Positions 1 to 13,561 are shown, counted from the stretch's first letter. The stretch: 64,000 bases of DNA from Octopus sinensis (GCF_006345805.1 NC_043020.1:9858001-9922000), one strand, 5' to 3'. Numbers and translations are program-made. The notes: generated by a model not told the origin, from the letters alone.

Positions 1-10
1 ACATACATAC

Positions 11-92
<82 letters not shown>

Positions 93-132
93 TACATATA
101 TATACATACATATATATATATTATATATATAT

Positions 133-439
133 ATGGTGGGGGTTCATGGCCTAGTCGTCAGGGAAATAGTCTCACGATCGCGAGATTGTGGTGTTTTAAT
201 CCATAGACCGGGCGGTGGGTCGTGTTCTTGAGTAAAACACTTTATCTCCCGTTGCTCTGCGATCACTTCTATACATGAAACGTGGTACACCATGCACCTG
301 TTCAGATAACGCCGATTTGAACGGAGGGAGTGGGATAATGTGCGGCACAAGCATTTGATCACTATAAATAAATCCTTTCTCCAGGTTGTTCACCAAACGT
401 TTAACGGTCATATGTCTTCCTTCGACGGGAAAATCCATC

Positions 440-440
<1 letters not shown>
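133..440 (+). mobile_element. SINE family C (second copy 11160-11427 -)
   Basis: tRNA-like head GGTGGGGGT.CATGGCCT.GTCGTCAGG..; the two copies are highly similar and are inserted in (TA)n. Confidence 0.8.
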
Positions 441-473
<33 letters not shown>

Positions 474-477
<4 letters not shown>

Positions 478-780
478 CGTGATCACGTGACCGACGAGAC
501 CATCAGATGTTGTTACACATCGCTGGTCACAATGCGTTCGCATTGTTTTTAGCCTTCGAGTGACGCCACCCCGCTGGCTAAGCGAGCAGGCCAACAGAAG
601 AAAGAGTGGGAGAAAGAGTGGTGAAAGAGTACAGCAGGGATCACCACCCTTTGCCGGAGCCTCGTGGAGCTTTTTGGTGTTTTCTGTCAATAAACACACA
701 CAACGCCCGGTCTGGGGACCGAAACCGCGATCCTGTGACCGCGAGTCCGCTGCCCTAACCACTAGGCCATTGCGCCTCCA
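474..780 (-). mobile_element. SINE family B head with tail type 3
   Basis: TGGAGGCGCAATGGCCTAGTGGTTAGGGCAGCGGACTCGCGG head; tail ends GGTCACGTGATCACGTGATG. Confidence 0.85.
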
Positions 781-798
781 CATATATACACACACACA

Positions 799-851
<53 letters not shown>

Positions 852-1676
852 TATATATACTTGTATGCATGTATACATGTTTCTATATATGTGTGTATGG
901 AACCGTCTGTGACTATGTATGGACATAGGGTAGAATTTGTAACTGAATTCTTTTATTTAGAGAAGTCGTAGTTGGTGCGTTTCATCGATGGTTATGCATA
1001 GTCATTTGAGGCGGTGTGGGGGACATCTGGTGAGAATGAAAGATTAAAGACTTCTTAAGTAACTTTTGTATGGTGAGCCGGAAGATGTTAGGAGGCCAGC
1101 TCAGAAATCCCGTAATGAAGTCCGAGGTGTCCGTCAGAATTGCTCTGACAGAGACAGTGGGTTACAGTTGTTGATTTGGGGAAAGAGGCACAACACCGAA
1201 ATAGATGGAGGAAAAGAGTGGTCAGTGGTTGTTCGAGGTTTGAAAGAGAGAATGAAGTTGGAGACGATCAAGAGAAGGTTCAGAAAGAATGACCCTTTGG
1301 AAAATGAGAGAGCGTTGCATTTTATGTGTGTGATTTGCGAGAGGAAATGCTTGAGTTATGCAAACCTGGTCAACCAATAGAGAAATCACGGGAATCAACC
1401 CTTTGTAAATCATGATGTGGCTGTTGTTAACAACACATGTGCAACATGTGGAAAGGCGTACTTTTTAGTTTTGAGGATTGGAAGGCATGTCAAAAGAATT
1501 GGTACTGTGACACCTACTCCCTCTGCCACCAGGCACATTATGCAATAGAAGGTGCAAATCTTTGGCCCCGCTCACGAGTCATACAAATGCCTCAGATCGC
1601 ATCATCAATAACTTATTTCAATGATTCTTTCTAGCAATGTCTTTGCTCGCATACGAGGAAATAGCTGCTATATATA

Positions 1677-3307
1677 CAGTGGCGGCCTAAATGTTCAGAA
1701 CGGCATTGTTTTCGTCAGAAAAGTAGATACAATTTTTTTATCAAAGTTGTTTTATATTCTATAATTTTCACAGACAATAAATACGATATTATTTGTTATT
1801 GCCTGAGATTTTGGTGTAATTTGAGAGGATAATACAAAAGTTATGGATGATTTAGTGATTTACTGCAAAACCCATGGCGGCCAAAATGATCAGAACGGTT
1901 GCTTTTACTCCGTGTTTTAGTATATTTAACCGGCGAACTCTAATGTTTTGAATTTGTTTACGTGACGGTTCGTTTACTAAACATTAGTAAGAATATTTGC
2001 AGTGTACTTTGTTAATATAATGCCACTTACTCCGTTACCAATTCGTCAGCAGATTATTAAGCTTCGAAGGAAGGATAATTTAAGTATTGGATCTATTGCA
2101 AAGATTGTTAACAAGTCAAAAAGTGTTGTACACGGTATTCTTAATGTCTACGATGATTGTAGTTCGTGCGAAGCAAGAAAGTTTACAGGTAGGCCAAGAA
2201 AAACGACCAAGAGAGAAGATCGTGCTATGGTAAAGTTGGTTAAAAAGGACAGATTTAAAACTGCTGCTGCTGTTTCTCGGAAAATGAGCATTGTATTGAA
2301 GAAAACTTTATCTCGAAAAACTGTGTCTCTTCGTTTAGTTGAACATGACCTGCAAGCAAGAGCACCTGTAGGGAAGCCACTGATCAGCTCCAAGAATAAA
2401 AAGTGTCGTCTTACCTTTGCAACCAAACATGTGTTGTGGTCTGAAGAAAAATGGCAAACGGTGCATTTCAGTGATGAATCTAAGTTTATGTTATTTGGCT
2501 CAGATGGGAAAAGGTACGTTCGTAGAAAAGTAGGTGAAAAATTGTCGCCTAAATGCCTTAAGACTAGTGTTAAATTCGGTGGAGGATGTGTCATGGTTTG
2601 GGGGATGATATCTGGAGATGGTGTGGGCCCTTTGGTGCGATTACATGGAAAGGTAAATGCAGGAGTTTATAAACAACTTGTAAAAGATCATGTCTTGCCT
2701 GTGCTGAAAAATTCAACTAAGCGACCACCCATATTCATGCTGGACAATGCCCCATGTCACAAGGCTAAGGTGGTCAGGAACTTCCTTAATGCTGAAAAGT
2801 TTATTGTTATGGATTGGCCTGCTCAAAGCCCAGATCTCAATCCTATTGAAAATGTATGGAATATTCTAGGAGAACGTTCGAAAGCCAGAAATCCTAAAAC
2901 AACTGAGCAAATATGGAATGCCCTTCAGGAAGAATGGAATAAGACCACCCAGCAAGAAATTGAAAATTTAGTTTCCTCATGCAGTCAAAGATATCAGAGT
3001 GTGATTGAAGCTAAAGGGCTTCACACTAAATATTAAATAATTCCAGTATTCTCTGTCATTTTTGATTATTTTGTTATTTTTTTCAACCGTTCTGATCCTT
3101 TTGGCCGCCATGGGTTTTGCAGTAAATCACTAAATCATCCATAACTTTTGTATTATCCTCTCAAATTACACCAAAATCTCATACAATAACAATTAATATT
3201 GTATTTATTGTCTGTGAAAATTATAGAATATAAAACAACTTTGATAAAAACTTATACTTACTTTTCTGACGAAAACAATGCCGTTCTGAACATTTTGGCC
3301 GCAACTG
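1677..3307 (+). mobile_element. Full-length Tc1/mariner DNA transposon, IR/DR type
   Basis: TA-flanked, with ~225-bp terminal inverted repeats (CAGTGGCGGCC... / ...GGCCGCAACTG). Each TIR carries two copies of a GCGGCCWAAATGWTCAGAACGG-like direct repeat. Confidence 0.95.
2020..3036 (+). CDS. Tc1-family transposase (DD34E), 338 aa, uninterrupted ORF
   Basis: Paired-like HTH region, GRPRK motif, FSDESKF, MVWG, DNAPCH...SPDLNPIE with 34 residues between the second D and the E. Confidence 0.93.
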   Translation: MPLTPLPIRQQIIKLRRKDNLSIGSIAKIVNKSKSVVHGILNVYDDCSSCEARKFTGRPRKTTKREDRAMVKLVKKDRFKTAAAVSRKMSIVLKKTLSRKTVSLRLVEHDLQARAPVGKPLISSKNKKCRLTFATKHVLWSEEKWQTVHFSDESKFMLFGSDGKRYVRRKVGEKLSPKCLKTSVKFGGGCVMVWGMISGDGVGPLVRLHGKVNAGVYKQLVKDHVLPVLKNSTKRPPIFMLDNAPCHKAKVVRNFLNAEKFIVMDWPAQSPDLNPIENVWNILGERSKARNPKTTEQIWNALQEEWNKTTQQEIENLVSSCSQRYQSVIEAKGLHTKY

Positions 3308-3403
3308 TACATGTATACACGTATACATATTTATACATATGTATACATGTACACATGTATACATATGTATACATACATACATGTTTATATATATATATAT
3401 ATA

Positions 3404-6400
3404 TTGGTAAAAACGGTAAGATAACAAAAGAAAGAAAGAGACCTCAATTTAAAATTTCGTAAGTCTTTTAACAATTTCCAATATAAATTGAAAAGATATG
3501 AAACATATAAAAAGCTCCAAGAAAAAAGCACTTTTTTCGGATAAAACCAAGAACTTGTACCTGGTAGATAACAGCAAATATTTACAACTCTTACACAACA
3601 GCATCATTAATAATTACACTAAGGCTAAGCCACAGACCTATAATGAAATTAATAAAGAAGCTAGCGTTATCGCCGCTAAACTTAAATTAGATTAAAAAAT
3701 AGAAGTCCCTCCCCAAAAAGAGACCTTTATTACAATTAAAGACCACAAAGAGAACTTCCTTTCCAACCCTAAATATAGGCTTATCAACCCAGCTAAGTCA
3801 GAACTAGGGATTATTAGTAAAGAAATTTTAGATAAAATAAATGCAAAAATTAAGACCGCTACTAGGCTAGTACAATGGTCCAATAGTATAGAAGTCGTAG
3901 ACTGGTTTAAAGCCATTAAGAATAAGAAAAAAGCGAGGTTTACACAATTCGATATTGTTGATTTTTATGCCTCTATCTCTAAAGAACTGCTAGATAAAGC
4001 CCTCGTCTTCGCTAGCGATTTCATAGAAATCAGTACACAGGATAAGGACATAATCTTCCATGCTAGAAAGACCTTACTTTTCAGCGAGAACGCAAAGTGA
4101 GTCAAAAATACCGACACAGAGGGTGCTTTCGATGTGAGCATGGGGTCATATGATGGAGCAGGCATTTGCGATCTTATTGGATTTTTCTTCTAGATACTTT
4201 AGGTAAGACATTTCCTGACGTATATTTCGCCATCTACAAAGATGATGCCCTCGCTTTAACCGCTAATACAAATGGACCAGCACAGGATCGTTTTAGGAAG
4301 GATATTATCCAATTAATGAAATACTTCGGACTTAGTATAACTATAGTTACTAACCTGACGGTTGTCAATTTCCTAGACGTTTCCTTAGATCTAAATAAGA
4401 ATATTTATAAGCCTTATAGGAAGCCCAATGATAGACTTAGTTATATTAATGTAGGTTCATGCCATCCCCCTATAGTATTCAAAAATTTAGTTTAAAATAT
4501 TAGTAAGAGAATTTCTAGCCTCTCCTCCGATAAGGACATTTTTAATAGCGTTGCCCCAGTTTATAATAAGGCTTTAAAAGATAGTGGTTTTAGCGAAAAA
4601 AAATATACACCTGTTACTAGCCCAACAGTAAAGAAGAGGAAAAATAGAAATAGGAAGATCATCTGGTTTACACCCCCTTACTCACCCGATGTGACCTTCA
4701 ATATAGGTAAATATTTCTTAACACTGATAGATCGACATTTTCCAGTTAACCACACTTATAGGAAACTCTTCAATAAACACAATTTAAAAATTAGTTTTAG
4801 TTCAACTACCAATTTTAAAAATATAATCACACATAACACACAAAAACCACAACAAGAAAACAGCTGTTCATGCAGGAATAAAAAATTGTGCCCGCTAAAT
4901 GGAGCTTGCATGTCCGAGACCATCATCTACGAAGCTACCGTGGACTCTATAACCAATAAAGACACCGTTTCGACGAAGAAATACGTGGGCCTTACAGAGG
5001 GTAATTTCAGAGCCAGGTTCAATAACAACACCTTGAGTTTTAGGCACTGGAACAAAAGAAAAGCGACAAAATTATCTAATCATATTTGGTCATTAAAAGA
5101 TAAAGGTGTCAATTATAAAAGCCATTGGAAGATTTTGGCCAAATGTAAGCCCTACACCAACGGCAGCGGAAAGTGCGGTCTATGCGACATGGAGAGATGG
5201 CTTATCTGGAAAAGCAGCTTAGACCTACTACATGTCTAAACTCAAGGACAGAACTTTTCGGATCATGCTTTCTATATTATGTCCAAAAAAGTTTTTTTAT
5301 CTTATTATACCTTTTATTATTTCATATATTTTTATATTTTCACACATAATAATTTTTTTCTGTACTCTTTCATTCTACATTTTTCCTGTGCCTATATAGA
5401 CGTGTAAATAGATTTTTTGTACACGTGTGTGAATATGTATGAGTGGGCAGTTTTAGATGTGTGCGTGTGTGCGGCCATAAGAATGCATATATATAGACGT
5501 TTATACAATTTTTTTTTGGCATATGTATATTCCTTTTTTGTGTATGCATGTGTGTGTATGCGTATATAAATATGTGTGGGTATGTACATATATGGGCGTG
5601 TGTGTGTATGAGTGCATAAGGGGATGTCCGTATATAGGCGCAGGAGTGGCTGTGTGGTAAGTAGCTTGCTTACCAACCACATTGCTCCGGGTTCAGTCCC
5701 ACTGCCTGGCACCTTGGGCAAGTGTCTTCTGCTATAGCCCCGGGCCGACCAAAGCCTTGTGAGTGGATGTGGTAGACGGAAACTGAAAGAAGCCCGTCGT
5801 ATATATATATATATATGTTTGTTTGTGTGTCTGTGTTTGTCCCCCTAGCATTGCTTGACAACCGATGCTGGTGTGTTTATGTCCCCGTCACTTAGCGGTT
5901 CTTCGACAAAAGGAGACCGATAAGAATAAGTACTGGGCTTACAAAAAAGAATAACTCCCGGGGTCGATTTGCTCGACTAAAAGGCGGTGCTCCAGCATGG
6001 CCGCAGTCAAAATGACTGAAACAAGGAAAAAGAAAAAGAAAAAGAAAGAATATGAACGTGGTTTTTACGCTTTGTATAATTCCTTATGTTTTTTTCTGTA
6101 TTGTTGTTTTTTTCTGTATTGTTACCTTTAACCATGTTTTTTCTTGTGCTTGTGCGTATATAGACGTATGTATGAACTTTTACGGTACGCGTGTGTGTAT
6201 GAGTTTGTATATATATGCGTATACATTTGGCGAAAAATGCGAGTGAAGATGTGTACGTTTTCATAGTGACGTATAAGTACGCACGTGGGTCCGCGAGCGC
6301 ACATGTGAGCGTATGAGTAGCCATGTTTACGTGTTTACTATGAACTTTTAATCTTAATTTATATATGTAGCGGAATTATAACACAGTAATTTCCCTTTAT

Positions 6401-6535
6401 ATAACGGTATTTTTTCGTAGCGTTTTTCAGATGGCCAGATAACAGAAGAGATGATGTTGTGAATTTCCACTTCGGCATCTGAAACTCAGAGTTTTATCGT
6501 GACTATTGAATAATGGTAACATATTAATTTACAGA
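3404..6535 (+). mobile_element. Degenerate Penelope-like retroelement (RT + GIY-YIG endonuclease) with an inverted pLTR stub at its 5' end and a SINE inserted at 5637-6050
   Basis: Frameshifted RT motifs (QFDIVDFYASI, MGSYDGA, YKDD, VNFLDVSL, YRKP), a CSC..CPLNGAC linker, and a GIY-YIG domain (IIY..YVG..RF). 3404-3447 is the reverse complement of the pLTR tail at 63873-63897 and onward; 6421-6530 matches the same pLTR. Confidence 0.88.
5637..6050 (+). mobile_element. tRNA-derived SINE family A
   Basis: GGCGCAGGAGTGGCTGTGTGGTAAG..GGGTTCAGTCCC head, internal microsatellite, ACTGAAACAAG-A-rich tail. Confidence 0.9.
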
Positions 6536-6547
6536 TATATATACATA

Positions 6548-6598
<51 letters not shown>

Positions 6599-7301
6599 TA
6601 TAATTAAGGGCTAAAGAGGGTTATTCTAAAGCCAAATACACTGTTTTATCCACTTATAATCCGCTTGTTACAGGAAAATTGAAACTGAAAACGGGCAACT
6701 ACTTTAGAAAATTTAAATTTCGTTATCTCTATATTGAATCAATTTCGGACTTAATCTTATAAAAAAGATATATTCCTTCTTCAGTAGAAATTTCGAGGGA
6801 TATAAATAAATACTCACGTATGATCATGGAAAAAGCACAAGCTAAAAACATAACTATATATATATATATATATATAATATATATATATATACATACATAT
6901 AGAAATTATGAAGAGAGACAAAAGAGAGGTTACCAAAATATATTCTGTTCTGAATTCATTATATGCACCAAATCATGTGTTAAAAGTATATATTTATATA
7001 AATATACAGAAAATGTATTAAATATACATTAAAAATATATAGATACAATATATACGAATATGTTAAGAATATATGAACAATGTACAAAATATAGTTCTAC
7101 TGACTTTTTAAAAACGATATTAATATATATAAAAATTATTTAAGATATTGTAAATCCATAAGGTTTATATTTCGCGTAAAATACGAATGTAGAGAATATA
7201 GTAGATCCAGAATAGCAGTATGTATAGAGAAATGTGTAGATGGTCTTGATAGATTACTGAGTGATGTCTTAGAGAAATCACATTATTGTTGGTGATACAT
7301 A

Positions 7302-7717
7302 GGCGCAGGAGTGGCTGTGTGGTAAGTAGCTTGCTAACCAACCACATGGTTCCGGGTTCAGTCCCACTGCGTGGCATCTTGGGGAAGTGTCTTCTGCTAT
7401 AGCCCCGGGCCGACCAATGCCTTGTGAGTGGATTTGGTAGACGGAAACTGAAAGAAGCCTGTCGTATATATGTATATATATATATATATGTAATTGTGTG
7501 TGTGTTTGTGTGTCTGTGTTTGTCCCCCCAGCATTGCTTGACAACCGATGCTGGTGTGTTTACGTCCCCGTTACTTAGCGGTTCGGCAAAAGAGACCGAT
7601 AGAATAAGTATTGGGCTTACAAAGAATAAGTCCCGGGGTCGATTTGCTCGACAAAAGGCGGTGCTCCAGCATGGCCGCAGTCAAATGACTGAAACAAGTA
7701 AAAGAGAGTAAAAGAGA
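7302..7717 (+). mobile_element. SINE family A
   Basis: Near-identical to 5637-6050. Confidence 0.9.
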
Positions 7718-8522
7718 GACAGCGAATGGTTATATGCACATAAAAAGTATTAAGACAAAAATGTTATTTAGATATACTTTTATTTTAGTTGTTTACACTA
7801 TTTATCGCTTGTTTGTACTCTTACAATTCAAAGTTCACAAATCCTATTATCGAAATTGTGAATCGTTTTCCTTTCGATAATATTAATATGATTGCATAAC
7901 TTCTTTGTAGACGATATTTTCTGTTTGGTCGACACTAATTTTCAAATTACTGGTGTCCGTTGCTCTACTCGTAGTGACGTAAAGCTGGGCGTGTGTAAAC
8001 ATCGGAGTGGGTGAAAATAAACCTACACAATCTAAAGTCTGGCTTTGGGCCTTCTTTACTTACCTCTCACTGTTCTATGCAAATAACGTCTGGATGTTCT
8101 GGTACCAGGGCGATTTTGATTAATACAAGTGAGATGTAAACAACAGCCGTTTCAATTAGCCGTTTCGAATCCTGCTCGAGAGAGACACACTTCAATAACC
8201 ACTAAATAATCACACACACTATATACTGATGCACCTTTTCCATTTTACTTTCGCTATTAAACATCCTTCTTCGCATCTACAATGGGGCCACGAACTCTAC
8301 GATGAAAATCCAGAGTAACTCGTAGTCGATACATTTTTAATAAGAATGCGAATGTGGTTTATCAGTTATATATAAAACTATAAATAAGGGTATCTGAGAG
8401 ATACCACCATGCCGAAATAGCAGTCGAGACCCCGACTCCAAAAAACACCTTAAATGTTCATATCGCGCCATGAGAGAAGACAGAGAGACAAAATAACGTA
8501 GCCAAAACGATTTTACTGGATA

Positions 8523-8581
8523 ATTCAAGATCCTGGATTTCTGGCTTTGCTTCCAATAAGCTCTGCCTTCGTCAGTTGAAT
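8523..8581 (-). ncRNA. Type I hammerhead ribozyme-like motif in a Penelope-type pLTR remnant
   Basis: ATTCAA-CTGACGA-A-GGC..GCC-A-GAAA-TCCAGGA-TC|TTGAAT: 6-bp stem I, near-palindromic stem III (ATCC-A-GGAT), AUC cleavage triplet. Confidence 0.65.
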
Positions 8582-8765
8582 ATGCCAGATGGGTACATAA
8601 ATACAAATATATATGTACATCACATACGTTATAATTACATATACGAACCTCCTTACATACATATATATGTACGTATGTAGAAGACCAGACCAAATTGCTC
8701 GCCAACCACCTCACAAGCGCGATATGGTCAAAAATAAAAACCGCAGTGAATACCTTGACAAATTA

Positions 8766-8942
8766 TATAAATTTATAAATAAGGATAATACCGATATTTA
8801 AATATCGATCTTATCAAGTAGCCAGATCCCCTTATATATAGTTTAAAATAATTATTACCTTTGTATGGCATTTATTCCCATGCTGGCCACTTGATAAGAT
8901 CGATATTTAAATATCGATATTATTCTTATTTATAAATTTATA
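8766..8942. repeat. ~60-bp inverted repeat (fold-back)
   Basis: TATAAATTTATAAATAAGGATAATACCGATATTTAAATATCGATCTTATCAAGTAGCCAG and its near-perfect reverse complement ~60 bp away. Confidence 0.8.
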
Positions 8943-8954
8943 CATACACACACA

Positions 8955-8998
<44 letters not shown>

Positions 8999-9588
8999 AG
9001 TGTATATATATATATATATATATACATATATATATGTGTGTGTGTATATACATATATGTAATAAACCTTTACATAAATAAATAACATGAAATACACGAAG
9101 GGACGAACAAAAAGACAAACGGGTCATTCAAAGCCTTCATTCTTCAGTCAGAAACTGATCCCTCATCGCAGATTTCGGCTGTTTAATTCTGAGATCCGCT
9201 CTGAATCAGCCAGCCACAGAAGGAAAGAATGCAACGCAACAAAGACGAACATGAAACGAAAAATCTTTTTGGGAGACAGTAACGGTTAAAAACATGGATG
9301 ACACAAAGACGAACATGAAACGAAAAATCTTTTATGGAGACAGTAACGGTTAAAAACATGGATGACACAGGCGCCCTACGGCTTTGAGACAAAAAGAGAG
9401 ACACAAAAACAATATCAGCAAGCGTGGAAAAATAATTACCTTTTCGGTAATAAGACACATGTTGAACAAGCGGCCGATGGAAACAGAATGGCTGAGGCAG
9501 CAAGTCGCAAGACGGTGAGAGAGAGAAGGGGGTAAGAGAGAGAGGGGACCAAAGAGGGTGGAAGGTGAGGACAGAAGCAGACACCGAG

Positions 9589-9671
<83 letters not shown>

Positions 9672-9685
9672 TATATATAATATAT

Positions 9686-9717
<32 letters not shown>

Positions 9718-10125
9718 ATATGATATATATATAACCTAGAAAAAACTTCAAAGAAAAGAGACTACACGTTGTAAAAATAGGGGAAAAGTAAAAAAAAAAG
9801 GAAAATGCACCTCAGATAAAAAAATAAAAGCTTTCTATGAAAAGTAAAGATGTATATATAAAATTAGATGAATTGAGGTGGAATTATGAAGTATAAAGTT
9901 CATTATTATGAATTATGAAAGAGATTCAAAGTCATACCGGTATCGTCAGAAGCTGTTCACTGATTTTGACTGAACGTCGACTGCAAAACGGCGTCGGGTT
10001 AAATATTACATGAGTGAAAAGTCTATATGCAATGGAGGTAAGCAGATCTGGAAGTGATGCATTTAAAATAGATTTAAATACTAGAATATGAATGCTGTTT
10101 GGTATGTATGGAAATTAGTGGTATT

Positions 10126-10180
10126 AATGCTAAGATTAGTAGTGTGATCGTGTTCAGATGTGGATTGATAGAAAGGGAAA

Positions 10181-10254
<74 letters not shown>

Positions 10255-10265
10255 TTATCTATCTA

Positions 10266-10310
<45 letters not shown>

Positions 10311-10319
10311 GTCTGTCTG

Positions 10320-10355
<36 letters not shown>

Positions 10356-10413
10356 AATATGCTAAGATTAAGCTGTGTGATCGTGTTCAGATGTGGATTG
10401 ATAGAAAGGGAAA

Positions 10414-10499
<86 letters not shown>

Positions 10500-10514
10500 T
10501 TATCTATCTATCCA

Positions 10515-10585
<71 letters not shown>
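10126..10585 (+). repeat. Tandem duplication (~233 bp) of a unique 55-mer plus a compound (ATCT)n(CT)n(AT)n microsatellite
   Basis: TGCTAAGATTA..GTGTGATCGTGTTCAGATGTGGATTGATAGAAAGGGAAAATC occurs twice, each followed by the same microsatellite series. Confidence 0.85.
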
Positions 10586-10589
<4 letters not shown>

Positions 10590-11425
10590 CTTTTACTCTT
10601 TTACTTGTTTCAGTCATTTGATTGTGGCCATGCTGGAGCACCGCCTTTATATATAATATATATATGAATGTGCTATTAAATTAGTACCCAATTTTCTCAC
10701 CCTTATCGGTTGATTATATATATATATATATACGATGCAAAGCAGCACCTGCAAATGCTAGAATTCTGTGACTTTATCTCGCCGAAGAAAGAAAGAATAT
10801 CTCATGAGGTTGGGGTTCTTGTGTGGCTTATCGAGTTTTAGCTCTTATTTCTAGCAATTCCAGGTGCAATTTTGCACCCTTATTTATTAATTTTGCCTTT
10901 TGGGTTTTAATTGCAATTGCCAATTATATTGTATTGTATTTAATATTTCATAGAATGAAGGCGGCGTGCTGGTAGAAATGCTAGCAAGCCTTTCATCATT
11001 TCGTTGTCGATGAAATAAGTACAAGCTTATCAATCCGTTTGTCTATTCTTGTTTGTCCTCTCTGTGTTTAGCTCCTTGTGGGTAGTAAAGGTATTTCGTC
11101 TGTCTTTACGTCTGTATTTACGATGGATTCTTCCGTCCAAGGACGACGTATGTTCGTTCAAATTTGGTGAACAACCTGGAGAAAGGATTTATTTATAGTG
11201 ATCAAATAGCTGTGCCGCACATTACCCCACTCCCTCCGTTCAAATCGGCGTTATCTGAACAGGTGCATGGTGTACCACGTTAAATGTATAGAAGTGATCG
11301 CAGAGCAACGTGAGATAAAGTGCTTTGCTCAAGAACACGACGCACCGCCCGGTCTATGGATTGAAACACCACGATCTCGCGATCGTGAGACTATTTCCCT
11401 GACGACCAGGCCATGCACCCCCACC

Positions 11426-11521
<96 letters not shown>

Positions 11522-11759
11522 CGAATATAAACAAAAGGGTAGTAATATAGATTACTACCAGTGGCTCAGCACAAAAGACGAATTAGTCATTAGACAAAAT
11601 ATTATTCATGTAGAAATATAATTAAGGGCTCCTAAATAAGGATGACAAGTGCTGGGGACACAAAAAGGCAATAAATTTATCGGGAGTGAAAATCAAAAAC
11701 ATTTACAGATAACTTTATATATATATATATATATATAATATATATATATATATATTATA

Positions 11760-11808
<49 letters not shown>

Positions 11809-11820
11809 TTATATATATAT

Positions 11821-11856
<36 letters not shown>

Positions 11857-12569
11857 TATACATGCATATAAAACACACACACACACAAATATTTTCTATT
11901 TCTCTCTTTAATTTAAACTGTATTTTACCGGTCAACGACTTGATAGCAAGGTGGTGAAGGGATGTATCTTGATTGAACAGTCATCCTTTAAACCCGGGGA
12001 AGGTCTTGCAGATTTATATAACCTCATATATCCTGATCATTTGCAGCATATAAATTAACGATTTGAATTCTCTCTCCAAGATTCGAAGTTCAGTTACACT
12101 TTGCTTCAGACGGGATGATATGTGTCCTGTTGTTCTAATAATAATAATAGTAACGAAGCTGGAAGTCTACATGGGTGCTGGGTTTGCAATAGACGGATGT
12201 CTTTATCAGTGGTCCATAAGATATCCTCTTTCTCATATATTTTTCTAATCACATTCGTGTCCAAGTGGAAGCTGATTCCCACAACAGAACATATAATTTC
12301 TTTGTGATCCCACACGACATTATGTGGTTTAATATGTGATTGTTTTAATTGAAAAGCTCTTCCAATATTCTTTTAACAAAGTGGTCTCAGTAGGGTCAGA
12401 TCTTTTTTCGATATTCTCTAGTTTTTCTTATCCGCTTCCAGACCATTCTGGCCACTGTTTCATGCCCCGCGAGGAGATGAGATCGCGAAGACATTCTCTC
12501 ACAGTTGGCGATAAAGTGGTTAATATCTTCACTCTTGTATGTATGTATATGATTTTTCAGTTTTATTTC

Positions 12570-12815
12570 TAGATTTCTTTCAAATAGAGAAAGAGCCGGT
12601 TTCTAACCTAGATTCAATGTATGTATGTATGTATGTATGTATGTATGTATGTATGTATGCATGTATCTATTATGTATGTATGAATATATGTATGTATGTA
12701 TCTATGTATGTATGTATGCATGAATATATGTATGTATGTATGTATGTATGCATGAATATGTGTATGTAAGTATGAATGTATGTATGTATGTATATATGTA
12801 TGTATGTATGTATGA

Positions 12816-12846
<31 letters not shown>

Positions 12847-12903
12847 AATATATGAATGTATGTATGTATGAATATATGTATGTATGTATATATGTATGTA
12901 TGA

Positions 12904-12936
<33 letters not shown>

Positions 12937-13260
12937 TGCGTGTATATATGTATGTATGTATGTATGTGTGTATGTATGCAAGTATGTATGGATGGATGTA
13001 TGTATGTATGTATATGTATGTATGTACGTATGTATGTACGTATGTATGTACGTATGTATGCATGTGCAAATCTGTATGTTTTGCCTTCAGTATGTATTCT
13101 TATGGATAAATCTAGACAAGCTCATATATATATTTCAACGATAAACTTCTGGAAAGTCCTACAGATTTTTAAATTTTCAGTGATGGATTGGATCTGTAGT
13201 CTTCGAATTAGCTTTCTCCATTCTGACTTTGAGAAGGCTAATTTCTCAAAATTTGTAACT
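12570..13260 (+). repeat. Interspersed repeat with an internal (TATG)n array; second copy on the - strand at ~30790-31130
   Basis: Shared AATAGAGAAAGAGCCGGTTTCTAAC and AGACAAGC.CATATATA.TTCAA.GATAAAC.TCTGGAA blocks. Confidence 0.7.
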
Positions 13261-13449
13261 ACACAGTGTGTTACATATACCATGACTCTAATAACGTATG
13301 TATGTATGTACGCATAAAATTATACTCATCTTTTTATATTATAGAATTCTTATAAGTGAGTTGAATAATATTTTTCCTTTCTTAATTCCAAAACTGTTTG
13401 ATGGCACTCAAGAAATAAAGAAAACAAAAACAAAATAATTTTGCAAAGT

Positions 13450-13455
13450 TTTATT
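13450..13455 (-). terminator. Polyadenylation signal of gene A
   Basis: AATAAA on the - strand ~100 nt after the stop codon, with a TTTTGTTTTTGTTTTC downstream element at 13412-13438. Confidence 0.7.
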
Positions 13456-13552
13456 GGAGAAACGTTTCGGAAGGAAGAGGAAATAATAAAAGGTTGTTTG
13501 AAGATCCAATTGGTATGTCAGTTGTGTTTCAGTAGTGTTTCTTTCATCTCGT

Positions 13553-13561
13553 TTAAACAGT
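13553..13561 (-). CDS. Gene A terminal coding exon (TV-stop)
   Basis: Acceptor ttttatatttgttttag|ACT GTT TAA, followed ~100 nt later by AATAAA and a U-rich downstream tract. Confidence 0.75.
   Translation of the reverse strand, partial: TV

Noticed and set aside
5637-5710. tRNA genes at SINE heads
   Set aside because: A/B boxes are present but there is no complete acceptor stem, and each continues into a multi-copy SINE body.
11930-12540. Possible decayed L1/Tx1 endonuclease on the - strand (IVNLYAAND)
   Set aside because: Only a single weak motif amid many stops; not enough to call.
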